Assembly: GCA_026023565.1 (NCBI GenBank)
Contig: JAPETS010000003.1
Span: 1,302,001-1,366,000, forward strand
Source of the DNA: Cirrosporium novae-zelandiae
Taxonomy: Eukaryota
Direction: 5' to 3'
DNA length: 64,000 nt
The notes under the pieces were generated by a model, which saw only the letters and a list, made by a program, of their open reading frames with translations, had not been told where the DNA came from and made no database searches. Below are positions 11,738 to 23,831 of the stretch, piece after piece (the stretch's first letter is position 1; every line of letters begins with the position of its first letter). A program made the translations under genes and the position numbers.

Positions 11738-12599
11738 GAAGGATTAAGGATATAGAACGTATGACATTTGAAATACGAGATGTAGGGTTAATATCGCTGA
11801 ATGCGTTAGCGAGATGTGTTAACTTATTCTTCTTGACCCCTTACCCTAAATTTTTGGATGTTAGATGTCCATAACCGCAAGTATGAATTACCGGGCCAAG
11901 CAAGACAACCCATAGCATACACTTCAAGGTTTTCTATTCCCCTTTAGCATTGCCCATCACCAAGTGCATCTCATCTACATTCGCAACTATACTTCCAACA
12001 CACCATCAATATCAACCTGAGTATAGTCATGGAGTAATATCACTCTTCTGATACCCACTAGATTGTCCCAGTTCACAACTAGATACAAGAACAGTGAGGT
12101 TCTAGTCCCTTGAAAGTAGAAAGTCCCTAGTAAAAACTCTGTACAAGATGCCACCGCACACATCTTTCGAGGTAAATAATGCGTTTTGTCTGCGCCATAC
12201 CATTATGCCATCCATCCGTCTGTGTCCTTCCACCATATATAAAGTCCCCCAAGCCCAAGGGACGCCCAATGCCACATCAGCGCCCGCTAAAAGGTTGAAT
12301 GCGATAAGAGCATAATAGCATAATAAGGTAGATAGCAATGCCACTAGTTGCATGCTATGTTCCAACCAAGTCGATCCATCGACGAATTAACCATCCTGAT
12401 CCGCCGGTACATATATAAAAGGAGAAATTTGATTTTCCGTTCCATCCGTCCATCGTAGTCACATAGTCTTGTCAATGAATGAGAAGCTCATAGAAGAGTT
12501 GGAATCAAGCAAGTAGAAGAAGTAATAGCCATTGAATGAGTGAAGGGCACCCAATAATAAGAAGCCGGGGATCCCCATCTTGGGTGATGAGAGGGAATA

Positions 12600-13769
12600 T
12601 TAATATCGGGACTTCTTTTGTCTTGCCCTCGCAGCCATTTCTTCCAATCGTTTCTTTTTTGCGAGTTTCTCTGCCTTTAACCTCTGCTCCTCTTTCAGGG
12701 CTTCCTCGTCCTCGCGTTTGGCAGCTCTCAGTGCCAAGGCTTCTTCCTCCTCGATTTCGTCCGCACCAGCCTCCATATCAGATAGCTCTTCAGATTCATA
12801 TTCCTCCTCCTCTTCATCGGAGTAGGAAGCATAACGGTAGCGGCCCCCGGGGACTTGACCAACATCATCGTCAGAACGATCACGTGAACTAGTTGTTGAG
12901 GCATATGCGGTCTTTCTACGGCTTGGGGGGTCACGGTCGCGGGAGGGCACTGAGGAAGCGCGATTCATCGTACCTTTGTATGCTGGCATTTCGGGACGGG
13001 GTCGCGCAGTACGTTCACTGGTCCCAGTAGCATCTGGTCTTGGACGAGCAGTCCCCTTGTATCCGAAAGATGCAGGTTGTTTCTTTTTGATAGGACCAAT
13101 CTCCTGTAAGCGGCCATTTGTTAGTGGCTTTGCCTGGCCACCAGTAGGCTTTTGATGGCGAGCCTCCTTAGCAGCTCGGGCGGCTTCTGCCTCCTGTGCT
13201 AGACGCTCTTTCCTCGTGAGTTTTTCCTTAGCTTTATGTTTAATTACACCCACTTGTGCTGGAGCGGCTTGGGCAGCTTTTGCTCGGGCGAGGATATCGG
13301 CATACGATCCCTTTTTAGGAGGCTTCGAGGATGTTGCAATTGGCATTTGGGGGGTCGTGGGGGTGATGGCAGAATTCGTGTTCCTAGCTGTGCCGGAATA
13401 TTTTATGTCCGTCTTTAATCTCGGTGGCGAGGATATCCTTCCAAAACGAGGGGTTTGTCCAATTGAATTCGATGCCGATGGACGACTCGAATCAATCCTT
13501 AAAGCCTTCTCAGTATGTTGTGGAAGAGAATCCGCATCATCTGCCTTGCGCTTGCGATTGGCGATGGGGTTTGGCGTGATATTTGCGGTGTTGTTGCGGG
13601 TGGTAGACTCGGTATTCTGAGTGACAGACGATTTGATCGACGTGCGAGGTGGCGCCACTGGTGCATTCCCTGTCCCGATGGACGAGAGAACCGAGTTAAG
13701 AAACTGTGAGGAATAGTCAGGAAAAATGAATCCGGAGAAGATGAGATTATGGAAATAACTTACACTCAT
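12600..13769 (-). CDS. SPT2: SPT2 chromatin protein; 60-nt intron 13704-13763 after ATG AGT
   Basis: The C-terminal acidic motif SDMEAG..EIEEEE...AKRED followed by a K/R-rich helix is typical of the SPT2 domain. Removing GTAAGT..CTGAC..CAG gives the N-terminus MSFLNSVLSSI. Confidence 0.8.
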   Translation of the reverse strand: MSVSYFHNLIFSGFIFPDYSSQFLNSVLSSIGTGNAPVAPPRTSIKSSVTQNTESTTRNNTANITPNPIANRKRKADDADSLPQHTEKALRIDSSRPSASNSIGQTPRFGRISSPPRLKTDIKYSGTARNTNSAITPTTPQMPIATSSKPPKKGSYADILARAKAAQAAPAQVGVIKHKAKEKLTRKERLAQEAEAARAAKEARHQKPTGGQAKPLTNGRLQEIGPIKKKQPASFGYKGTARPRPDATGTSERTARPRPEMPAYKGTMNRASSVPSRDRDPPSRRKTAYASTTSSRDRSDDDVGQVPGGRYRYASYSDEEEEEYESEELSDMEAGADEIEEEEALALRAAKREDEEALKEEQRLKAEKLAKKKRLEEMAARARQKKSRY

Positions 13770-14113
13770 TGAGGCGACACGATGGAGGCTGGATCCAGAG
13801 AGGGTTTAACGGGGGCATTAAAGACGAATAGAAACCCATTCAGTCATGGTATTCTAATCTTTGATGTTCGTAGTAAGATCTGAGTAAAAAAAGTGGTGCT
13901 GTCGAGTTGTGACAAAGGGAAAATGATTTAGGATGAAAATGCTCTCTTTTAGGGTAGGGAAGGGAGAGAGGTTGGTGAGGGAGTGAAGTAGAAATGGAGA
14001 AGTGAGTGACAGTGTTGACAGTGAGTTGTGCTTTCTTTAAATGCCCTATGACCAAGAAATTAAGCTCAGCAAACGCCCCCAAGCGCCGGCAAATTTGAGT
14101 CAACGCTAGCCCA

Positions 14114-14138
14114 ATTAGACTGGATTAGACTGGATTAG
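14114..14138. repeat. 10-bp tandem repeat (ATTAGACTGG)x2.5 in the SPT2/RPP2 divergent promoter
   Basis: attagactgg attagactgg attag. Confidence 0.8.
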
Positions 14139-14426
14139 CAAGCGAGGACCTGAGCTCCGCAATCCCACAAAAGCCCATTAATTAAAGTCGATATTTCAAC
14201 CTTTGTAAGAATTTCTTTCAAACTTCATCCACACACACACACACGACTCTTCTACCTAAGGAACCAGAAGTTTCAGTCTCCGCCCAATTTGCGGTTAAAT
14301 CGATTGAATCTCTTGTTCTTCAAATCAAAATCTTACTGTAAGTCAAGGCTAATTGTTAATTACTCTCGTCCTCGTCGCAAGGTGAAGTGCATTCTGACAT
14401 AGCTTTAGACTTTCACCACTTTTAAA

Positions 14427-14824
14427 ATGAAGCATCTTGCAGCTTATCTCCTCCTCGGCCTCAGCGGTCACGAACATCCTTCGGCCAAGGATGTCAAGAA
14501 TGTCTTAGATTCCGTCGGTATCGATGCTGATGATGAGCGTCTCGAAACGTTAGTTAAAGAGCTCCATGGCAAGGATATGAATGCAGTATGCACAAAACGC
14601 TTCAGCTAGTACTTTAGGAATAATCTAACATATGTGTGCAGTTGATCCAAGAAGGTGCTAACAAGCTTGCATCCGTCCCATCTAGCGGTACTGGCGGTGC
14701 TGCTCCATCTGGCGGTGCTGCTGCCGCTGGCGGTGTTGCCGCAGCCGAAGACGCTCCAAAGGAAGAGGAGAAGAAGGAAGAGGAAGAATCCGACGAGGAC
14801 ATGGGTTTTGGCCTCTTCGACTAG
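14427..14824 (+). CDS. RPP2: 60S acidic ribosomal protein P2; intron 14586-14641 and 5'UTR intron ~14338-14408
   Basis: [10 protein letters not shown] start, Ala/Gly hinge and C-terminal [14 protein letters not shown]. Confidence 0.97.
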
Positions 14825-15359
14825 ATACACAATCTACAAAGATATCTTATGTTATTCGGTGAATGTTACGACAAACATTCAGAGCCAGCTCACCTAGCAA
14901 GGTGCTATAGGATTGCTGACGGCCATTAGAAATGGTTTTATGCATTTGAAATGATATTCTGATGGCTAGGAAGTGGCAGCTCATGCCTAAAGGACTAGAT
15001 GATTTCAATGGAAAGAAAATCGTCAATTATTTTTATCTTTCAGGACCTAGTACAAACAATTTCGTAGTGTTGGCCACCAACGCAATAATATAGGGTTCCA
15101 ACTGCTTGCAGCACACTTTAAGAGTATAGATTTAATGCCTAAAATGTCCCCTCACCAAATTGCGGGATCTGGGATTATCGCCATCGCCATCAGGGCTTTG
15201 AGCCCTTAGCCTTCCAAATTAGGCATAGTGCGCCTTTCTTCCCTCACTACAAGCTGGCGAGGCGACCAAACCTCCAAAATCCAGTGAGCAACGAACACTT
15301 CGAACTTGATCATAATTCCCCCGAAATCGACAACTGTGCCGTGAAGGAATACCGCAATC

Positions 15360-16241
15360 ATGGCTGACTCTGAATATGTATGTGCTATCCACTTCTGAAT
15401 GATTGATAATCGTCGTTCCTATTATCCTGTGATGCTAACAATCAGTTCTAGAACGCCGAGGAGGCTGCTGGTACGTTTCGAATCCAACTTCTTTTCAATA
15501 AGAGGGTAGTGCATTTTTGGAAGACTATTTAGAAGAGAAGAGCAAGAGTTACGAAATAATAGACTCAGCATGATGAAGGCGGGCAAACGGCGATGGGAGA
15601 TATTGGATGAACTGAGACTGACATTGATTCCACCATAGAGCTCAAGAAGAAGAGACAGTTCCGAAAATTTTCCTACCGAGGAATCGACCTTGACCAGTAT
15701 GTAATCCTTTTATCATCCAGGCGCCACCAACAACCCTGCAATCCTTTTCACTCAACATCAACCCCACCCCACGAAAGCGCTCGATGCTAACCTTCTATCT
15801 CCACCAGACTCCTCGATCTCTCCTCCGAACAACTTCGCGATGTCGTCCACGCCCGTGCCCGGCGTCGGTTCAACCGCGGTCTCAAGCGCAAGCCTATGGG
15901 TCTGATCAAGAAGCTCCGTAAAGCAAAGCAAGAGGCTAAGCCCAATGAGAAGCCCGACACTGTTAAGACTCACCTGCGAGACATGATTGTTGTGCCAGAG
16001 ATGATCGGTAGCGTCATTGGCATCTACTCGGGAAAGGAGTTCAACCAGGTTGAAATCAAGCCCGAGATGGTGGGACATTATTTAGGAGAGTTCTCAATTT
16101 CATAGTATGTTGGACTATTTCATTTGCAATCTGCTTACTTAGGGATGTGGCTAACTGCTACCTTTCTATAGCAAACCCGTCAAGCACGGCAGACCCGGTA
16201 TCGGTGCCACCCACTCGTCGCGTTTCATTCCCCTAAAGTGA
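15360..16241 (+). CDS. RPS15: 40S ribosomal protein S15 (uS19); exons 15360-15377, 15452-15470, 15639-15696, 15808-16104, 16172-16241
   Basis: Spliced product [34 protein letters not shown]...[17 protein letters not shown]...[23 protein letters not shown]. Confidence 0.97.
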
Positions 16242-16732
16242 GCGTGTGTACATGATAGTGGTGAGGAAGAGGATTTTGAATGAAATGAGGCTGCCCGGTT
16301 CAAGACATTATATGGGGCTATGGTCAGGAATGTATGTCAATCGGTTTGAGGGATTGCCTTTTTCTTAAAAATGGAGGCCAGCACCTTGTGTTGCTGAGAT
16401 GATGACCAGAAACAACAATGCCATTATTGAAATGAATCAAAACCAAAAGACTTTATACTACAGTTATTTTCATCCTAGTATGGTTCCTATCTTAATCGTA
16501 GTATTGGCAAACTTGAATGTTCCCCGTGGATGAGAAGTTGGTGGCATCACTCCCCTTAGATACTGCATTCAGTTCGTGGAGGATGCATACCACTAGATCC
16601 ATAGAGACGTGGAAGGTCTCGAGTATGATCCATGTACAATTGATATTATTTTGTTGTAAGTGTCATTGAGTTGTGTGGTTATCATATATTCGTTACCATC
16701 ACCCCTTATCTCTCATCTCTCATCCCCCCCCT

Positions 16733-17958
16733 CTATAATCTTGTAGGCGGACTAACCTCCCCAATCATATTCTCAAATGCATGCTTTACTTCCTCGGTTA
16801 GATCTTCAGCTTGTAAACTTCTTCCTCTTTTCATAAACGCTAGCCTTGAGCACTCTCTCGTCACAACGCTACCTCCAAACGCAGCCAGCATCAATGTTTC
16901 CTTCTCGTTCATATCTCCCTCTATATCCCAAATCTTATCCAGATATGCTTTTCTCCACGCCAAGAATGTGCCTAGCGTGCCTGTCAAAGTATCACCCTGA
17001 CCACCAGACCGTTTCAGCCCTCCAACAACATCAGACACCCACGTTTCTTTTCCATTTGAGATATAGTCAACCCTCCCTTTTTGGATAATCATTACGCCCC
17101 CTAGCGCATTCGCCAACTTGGCACAGACCTTCTCCCCCGGTCCACTAATATCAACACCACACGCCCTCGCTAGCCGCCCAAATTCAACCACATTTGGCGT
17201 TAAGATACACTGATCATACCCCCTCACGAGCTCCGGTCTTGTTTGCACGAGATACAGGCCATCTGCATCCAGCACAAATGGCATATTCTCTCTTTTGGCG
17301 GCCTCGATGACAGTAGCGCAAGTATCCAGCATGAGAGGATCACGACCAAGGCCAGGGCCGATAACAAGGACGTGCAGGCGAGAGAGCATGGCGATAATTA
17401 TTTTAGCAGGGGTGTCAGGGGCGGATGCTTCGTCCCGTTGGGTAGACTTGTGCGACTGTCGCATATAGGGATGTACCATCAAATTCGGGGAATAGGTTTT
17501 TATTACTTGAGCAGCTTCGGGCTCGCATATTACGTGCGACATATCGCAGCCTTAGGGAAGACTTGGGTTAGCTAGCCACGACGGGGAAGAAGAGCGGAGG
17601 GTGAACCAGACCTAATCGTGCAGATGCCATAGCTGAGAAGTAGGGGGCTCCAGTGTAGCTTCAATTAGTAAAGGCCAGCATTAGGATCTCCTCATTCTAT
17701 TATCAGTGAGCATTATTATGGAAGACGCACTCTTGACTGCCTCCAATAACTGCCACTCTTCCCAACTGACCTGTATAGTATTCACAAACAATTCAGCATC
17801 TGAATCTTTAATCGCTCGCTGAGGTCATTCCAACCTTTATGGAACCTCTCAAGCATTGGTGGGACCATGCTTCTGACTTTGGTCAGTATAGCCTTAGTAC
17901 TTGCAGACATTGCCGGGCTCGATATCGACCGTAAGGAAGTAGAGCCAGAGGATGCCAT
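16733..17958 (-). CDS. NNR2: ATP-dependent NAD(P)HX dehydratase (YjeF C-terminal/CARKD family), 4 exons
   Basis: Motifs [25 protein letters not shown] (across three introns), [24 protein letters not shown] and [12 protein letters not shown]. Confidence 0.93.
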
Positions 17959-18340
17959 CGGAAACTATAATAGAAAAAGAAGGAAAGGTATTCACGGTAT
18001 AGAAAGGAAGAGCAATGTACTGTACTAATTAAAGTACAATGTAAAGAAAGTGTTTAGAGAATATGATAACGATCATTGAACCAAGATTTATACAGTACGA
18101 AAGTACATGTAGACATGTTGAATGTGTAGTGGATATGATGTCACGACGAGATCATTGGCGGGGTTTATTATAGCCAAGAGACTACGACGAAATCGGAAAG
18201 GGTTGACCGTTCGAAAATAATTAATATAACTTGTGCTAGTCTATGTATTGTGCACCTTATTATTCGTATATAGCATCTCCAGCACTTATGATGGACATAT
18301 AAATCTATACCCATAAAAGTAATGTTTCCTATTGAATGGG

Positions 18341-19893
18341 TTATGGTACCTTCACATTCAAAACCACCTTCCTTACTCCCCCACCTTCTTCAGCTACTCC
18401 TGAAACTTCATTAACCACCCCCCCATCATTTTCTACAAGCTTCACATACTCATCGACCCCTCCTCCAACTCCAAAGTAGATCCTCTTCGCAGCTACCAGC
18501 GCTTCTGCAATCACCCCTTTAAGTTCACTTCTATTGTTACTCTTTGAAGCCAAGCGTAGAATACCCATAAGAGTTTTGCTAAATATTCCAATAGTCAAGG
18601 GCGAATAAATTGTCTCACTTGCCATGACAAGCGTGACTAGCCCTATATTTGATTTGTCCGCGAAGTTTTCGATGCTCCCAGCTCGTTCGGCAATGAATTT
18701 CGTGAATTGATCACCCCATGCCCCACTCACGAAGAATATCGTAATATTACGCTCTTCCAGTTCTCTAATAAAGCTTTCCTGAGTAGCTGGTGTTACTTCG
18801 ATGTCGCCCTGAGGGTCTATGCACTCATCACCACCATTGCCACCCCTCTTCTTGTCCTTGAGAAGGAGCCAAGTGAGGAATAAATTTGGTAGAGTAGCAA
18901 GACGGAGAACGGTGTGGTTGTAATCACATAGAGTAAAGTGTATTGGGGGGAAATAATAGCTCTGTTTTTGCCAACTTTGGAGAAGAAAAGCAAAAAGCAC
19001 CAAGGTTGGGATTGCCGTACCTACTCCGAGCTATTCCAGGAAATATTATTAGAAACAACAATTAGAAGGGAAATATAGAACAGCTTACTTCAATGATATG
19101 TCTTGGCCCCAGATTATCCCCCGCATTTTTGCAAAACCACTCCTCGGCGGCAGCAGCTAAATCTGACGCACATTCCCATGTCTTAAAACCACCTTCATAA
19201 ACGTTGGTCTTGATGTCATCATTGTCCAGACCAGAGAGCAGCGCTTCAGTAGGTCCGTGAGAGCTACCAGGAGATGGGTCTTCAATCATGAGTTGCGCGC
19301 GGATCTCAAAGAGTTCACGACATGGTATGCGAAGGACATGCTTAGAAGTCTGGAGAGTGAATGGACGTAGAGAGTAGGACAGATGAGAGGGGAGCTGGCT
19401 GACCTAGGTGAGAAAGAACCAGAGTTAGCTCGCTATAAATACAAATTCAGGACTGAGGACATGGTGGTAGCTGAAACATTAAGACCAAGAGGGTCATGAT
19501 GGGTCGCCGTAATAAAGAGCAATCACTAAAGTCATTCTCCTCAAAAATAGTTCTTAAATAACTAACGATCACGATATCAACCAAGAAAATTTTATAAACT
19601 AAGCAAGGACAAAATCTATATTTTAGAACAAGACGCTGAGACAAAATACCAAGAATGTTTTCTATTAGATAAACTATGATGTAAATTCGCAAAGAAAATG
19701 GAGATAAGGGGAGAAAATGCATAGGGGAAACAAAACCCACCAACTCTTTTAAACTATGACAGGCCGAAGGTAAAGGGTCAATGATAAATTGCCCTTCGTT
19801 TGTGATAGCTTGGGCATCGCTTGGTGCGCTGGTTTCTTCGTTCTCGTCGATTTCTATGTCATCTCCAGAGAAACCAAATGTGAAGTTAGACAT
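18341..19893 (-). CDS. HPM1: Histidine protein methyltransferase (Hpm1/METTL18-like); introns 19404-19740 and 19031-19088
   Basis: FTFGFSGDDIE N-terminus, VYEGGFKTWECASDL, SAM motif I IIELGVGTAIP (formed across intron 2), DYN, SETIYSP and AAKRIYFGVGGG. Confidence 0.88.
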
Positions 19894-20378
19894 GGTGAGT
19901 ATAGACTACCAATGAGGAAATTTTTCAAATTAGGATATTGATTTGAAAACCCGGAGACAAAGATAATTCGTCAACATCAAGTATTGACTGTACTATTCTC
20001 AATCTGTGTAAATTTCGAAGCCCAAGTTATGAACTAGCTTAATCAAAACCCAAATAGATTTTTTCCCTCAAAATGCTTAGATGTGAAAAAAAAGGTAAAG
20101 TGGTATCCAATTAAGGCAGCTTTTGTATTTACATAGTCTATCAATGAAGGTTTTAACTTAAACTGGAACTCTCGAATATGTTTCATTTGAATATTTGCAC
20201 TGTAGATATCTCCAAATAGAGCAGTGCGGATAGTCTGGATTTTTGCTAAAGCTAGTAGGAGTTTTTGTTCCCATAAGAAGCAGTGGTTCCTTTTAGGTAT
20301 CTCCTTTCCCCCCCCAAACGCCGATTCATTCAATCATCTGTGTATCGCTTGATTTTAGCATGCATATCTAAATTTTCT

Positions 20379-21809
20379 TCATGCGTTCCCATCGATAGAA
20401 AGCCCATTGGCGCCGTTAGTTATCTTTGGCCAAACCACTGCCTTCTCCAAAGCCTGGAGAACATCCGCCTTCAAATCATCTGCGTCCTCTATTCCGCAAC
20501 TTACTCGTACAAGATCATCGAAAACACCTGCAGCCTCTCTCTGCTCTTTTGGTATACCCGCATGGGTCATTGCACTGGGGACTTCGACTAGAGATTCAAT
20601 ACCTCCGAGACTTTCTGCGAGAGTGAATATCTGAGTATGTTGGCAAAATCTTTCAGCAGCACTATGACCTCCTTTGATACGAAAGCTTAACATTCCACCA
20701 CCCATACCATTTCGATGTTGTTTTAGTGCAATTCCTCGTTGAGGGTGTGAGTCAAGGCCTGGATAATTGACTGCAACTACGTTGGGAGATGCTTCTAAGG
20801 CGGTTGCTATAGTTTTCGCATTGATGCTGGCTTCCCGGGCTCGCAAATGGAGAGTTTTCAACCCACGGTGCGCAAGCCAGCAATCGAAAGCTGAAGGGAC
20901 ACCGCCAATTGCATTCTGTAAAAATCCAAGACGTTCTTTAAGATCCTCAGAGTTAAAAGCAGCAACACCCATCAAGACATCCTGAACAGTTGATTAGTAA
21001 TGCCTATTTCAATACAGTAGCTAGGAATTACTCACTGAGTGCCCGTTGATGTATTTGGTGACTGAATGAACTACAATATCAGCACCATGGTCCAATGGGT
21101 TTTGAACATAAGGGCTAAGGAAGGTATTGTCCACCACGACTTTAACTCCGTGCTGGTGTGCCACTGTCGCAACCTTCCGGATGTCTGTCAGTTTTAGAGT
21201 TGGGTTGCTAGGGCTTTCGATCCAAATAAGTTTTGTCTCGCCCGGCCGGATGAGCTCTGCGATATCAAGCTCGATGCTCGGAGAAAATGTGACACGAACT
21301 CCATGTACATCCGAGACCTTCGTGAAGTAGCGATGGGTACCACCATAGACGTCGGACACAGAGACAACATGCGATCCCGCGGCTAAGGATTGTAAAATCA
21401 TCGCGGTCGCCGTAGAACCGGACGAAAATGCCAGGGCGTACCGTGCATGTTCAAGGGCTGCAACAGCCTTCTCGAAGTTGTCCCTATATATCCGTGAGCT
21501 CTACATCCTCTACATTCTGTCAAGCGCCACCATCTTACCGATTTGGATTGGAACTTCTGGTGTACTCATAATCACCTACAGGTTTTCCAAGACTAGTCTG
21601 AGCATATGTAGTGGAGAGGGATATCTATATTATTAGGGATTGTTTGTAAAGCTAGGATAGGAATGATTTACTGGCTCAATGACAGCTCCAGTGACGGGAT
21701 CGTGAGGAGCACCTGCATGAACTGCGCGAGTACCGAACTTGTGAACAGGCGATGGAGCACGAGGAGGCGTCTCAATCGGGGGGTCTGATGCATGAACTCC
21801 TATAGCCAT
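20379..21809 (-). CDS. CYS3: Cystathionine gamma-lyase (PLP-dependent transsulfuration enzyme), 4 exons
   Basis: FGTRAVHAG, YEYTRSSNPNR, DVYGGTHRYF, VVDNTF, PLP-lysine motif HSVTKYINGHSD and LAESLGGIESL. Confidence 0.93.
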
Positions 21810-22015
21810 TGCTTTGGAATCTACTTCGGAATATCAGGGGATTTTCAAGTTGCTTGGTGGGTTCAAAGATAGTGGGGTATCGTAAGGTAGGGTGGGACAA
21901 AGAAGCTGCCAAGAGATGGTGAAATCGTCTATGAAAATTGGAGCGAAGTGTTTTTTTTTTTTGAAGAAATGAAGGATACTCGCAGGTCAGTGTGACCTTT
22001 TTGTAAATTATATTG

Positions 22016-22085
22016 TTGACTCATAATATTACAAATGGCAATTGAAAAAAATCATCAAAATAAATAATCTAAAAAAAGGCGTCAT
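22016..22085. promoter_or_regulatory. Candidate Gcn4/CpcA site (TGACTCA, 22017-22023) and near-consensus CYS-3/MetR site (AAGGCGTCAT, 22076-22085) upstream of cystathionine gamma-lyase
   Basis: Both motifs lie 210-280 bp upstream of the ATG. The second is a 9/10 match to ATGRYRYCAT. Function is inferred only. Confidence 0.45.
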
Positions 22086-23831
22086 TAAATCACGATGTCT
22101 GAACAGGCCATAGTGTTCCATACTGTTTCATTTTTCATCCTTTAAAAATGCGTAGTCGGCCATTCAATGACAAATCCATGAATCCATTTCTAAGCTAGAA
22201 AACTATTGCCCGCTATTTAATTAGGAATTACATCTATTTTTGTAACTAAACCGCTGTACCTGTATCTAAACCCTTACTATCTACTGTACTGTAGTAGTTG
22301 TTTGCTTTTTTACCGTGTAACCTTGTCTTTTTAGTTTGATGATGAATTATAACCCTATTCATCCAAATCACAAACTTTTTGATATTTATTAACCACCAAC
22401 GCCTTGCCACAACCACTTTCACCACCATTCTATGGGACCAAGACCAGATTGAGACATGGAAGCCTGTAAGGATTAGCATGTAACTCTCTACTACCCAAAA
22501 GATGGACGGAGCTCACTTCGATCATATACGGACTCTGCTTTTGAATTTCTGAGTTATATGCCGCCTCTGATGGAGCAGCAGGGGATTGATCATTCCAATG
22601 CTCTGCCTCAACACGGAACCTTACGACTATATTATTATCAAAGTAAAGCTCCGAACCGCCTTCAGCTGACCATACCCAGCATTGCTCTTGGACATTGCTA
22701 GTTAATTTTTATTAGCCGAAATTTGTACCATAGATATAGTCGACTGTAGTAGTGTTTTGATTAGAAGGGGAATGAACTTACAAGTGGCAATTCTCAAAGA
22801 GCAATCTAGGAGGCACCACGATGTCCTCAAAGAAATCAAGCGAGACTGGAAACAATATTAACGATGAAGTCCTTTAACCACACGAAAAGAAGGGAGGTGG
22901 AACTAACTCTTTATTCCTTTTGGGGTTGCGCTCGCTATCTTCCCCATAATAATTTCCCCTTTGAAAGGTCGGAAAACCACCATCCGAAATTCCACTATAG
23001 GAAAGATATTAGTTGTTGTCCATACAGCGAAACCTGTAACCACTGACCGTTGACGTTCACCATGCCAGTTCCATGCCCAATGAGGCCTTCAGATGCAGAT
23101 AGGAGATCGTACATGCAGATGCAAAGGCCAATTTTCTGGATGGCCTATATAAAATCATCAAAATCTAACTTAGACATAATAAATCGAGGCAAGGAATACC
23201 TTATTTGAATATTTTTGATTGATGTTATCCTCGATGGCTTCTGCACTATCCTTTTCGAAATCTTGGGGTGCGATTTGCACCAAGTCCTGAATTGTGGTCT
23301 TACAGACATAGAATCAGAACACATCGGGCATAGAAAAAATAAACTATTTCCTTACAAGAATGAACATGATGTTTAATAAGTAGAGAGTGGTAAAATTTTT
23401 GATATTATTTAATATCGAAAGCACACAGGGTTGGGCAGTCCAGTTATAATCTAGGCCAATCGATGTTAGATGGTCTCACTAGCACAGTATTTAGGGAATA
23501 CACCAAGACGAGACAAAGCTGAAGAATAATTATTTCTTGAGATGATCATGGCGTTGGAGTTTTCCACGAGTGGGAATTCAATGACAGTATTTTGTATTAG
23601 GATGGAATATCCATGTCGGGTGGAGACTTATTTCCGCTCCGAAGAACATTTCCTAAACGAGACAAGGTGTAGATTCCTCGAAAGCTTGAGACACAGGCTT
23701 AACCGTTCATTTCTGACAATTGGTCAGACTTCAATGTTAGCCATGGGAGTCTTTAGGTTTCATAAAATATTATATTTCATCTTTTCTTCCTATGAAATAC
23801 AATATCGGTAATAATAAAATACCCTTAAGCC

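Noticed and set aside
15570..15621. ATGATGA...CTGA in RPS15 intron 2 as a C/D snoRNA
   Set aside because: Only 46-52 nt long, the D box abuts or overlaps the branch point, and I see no rRNA complementarity.
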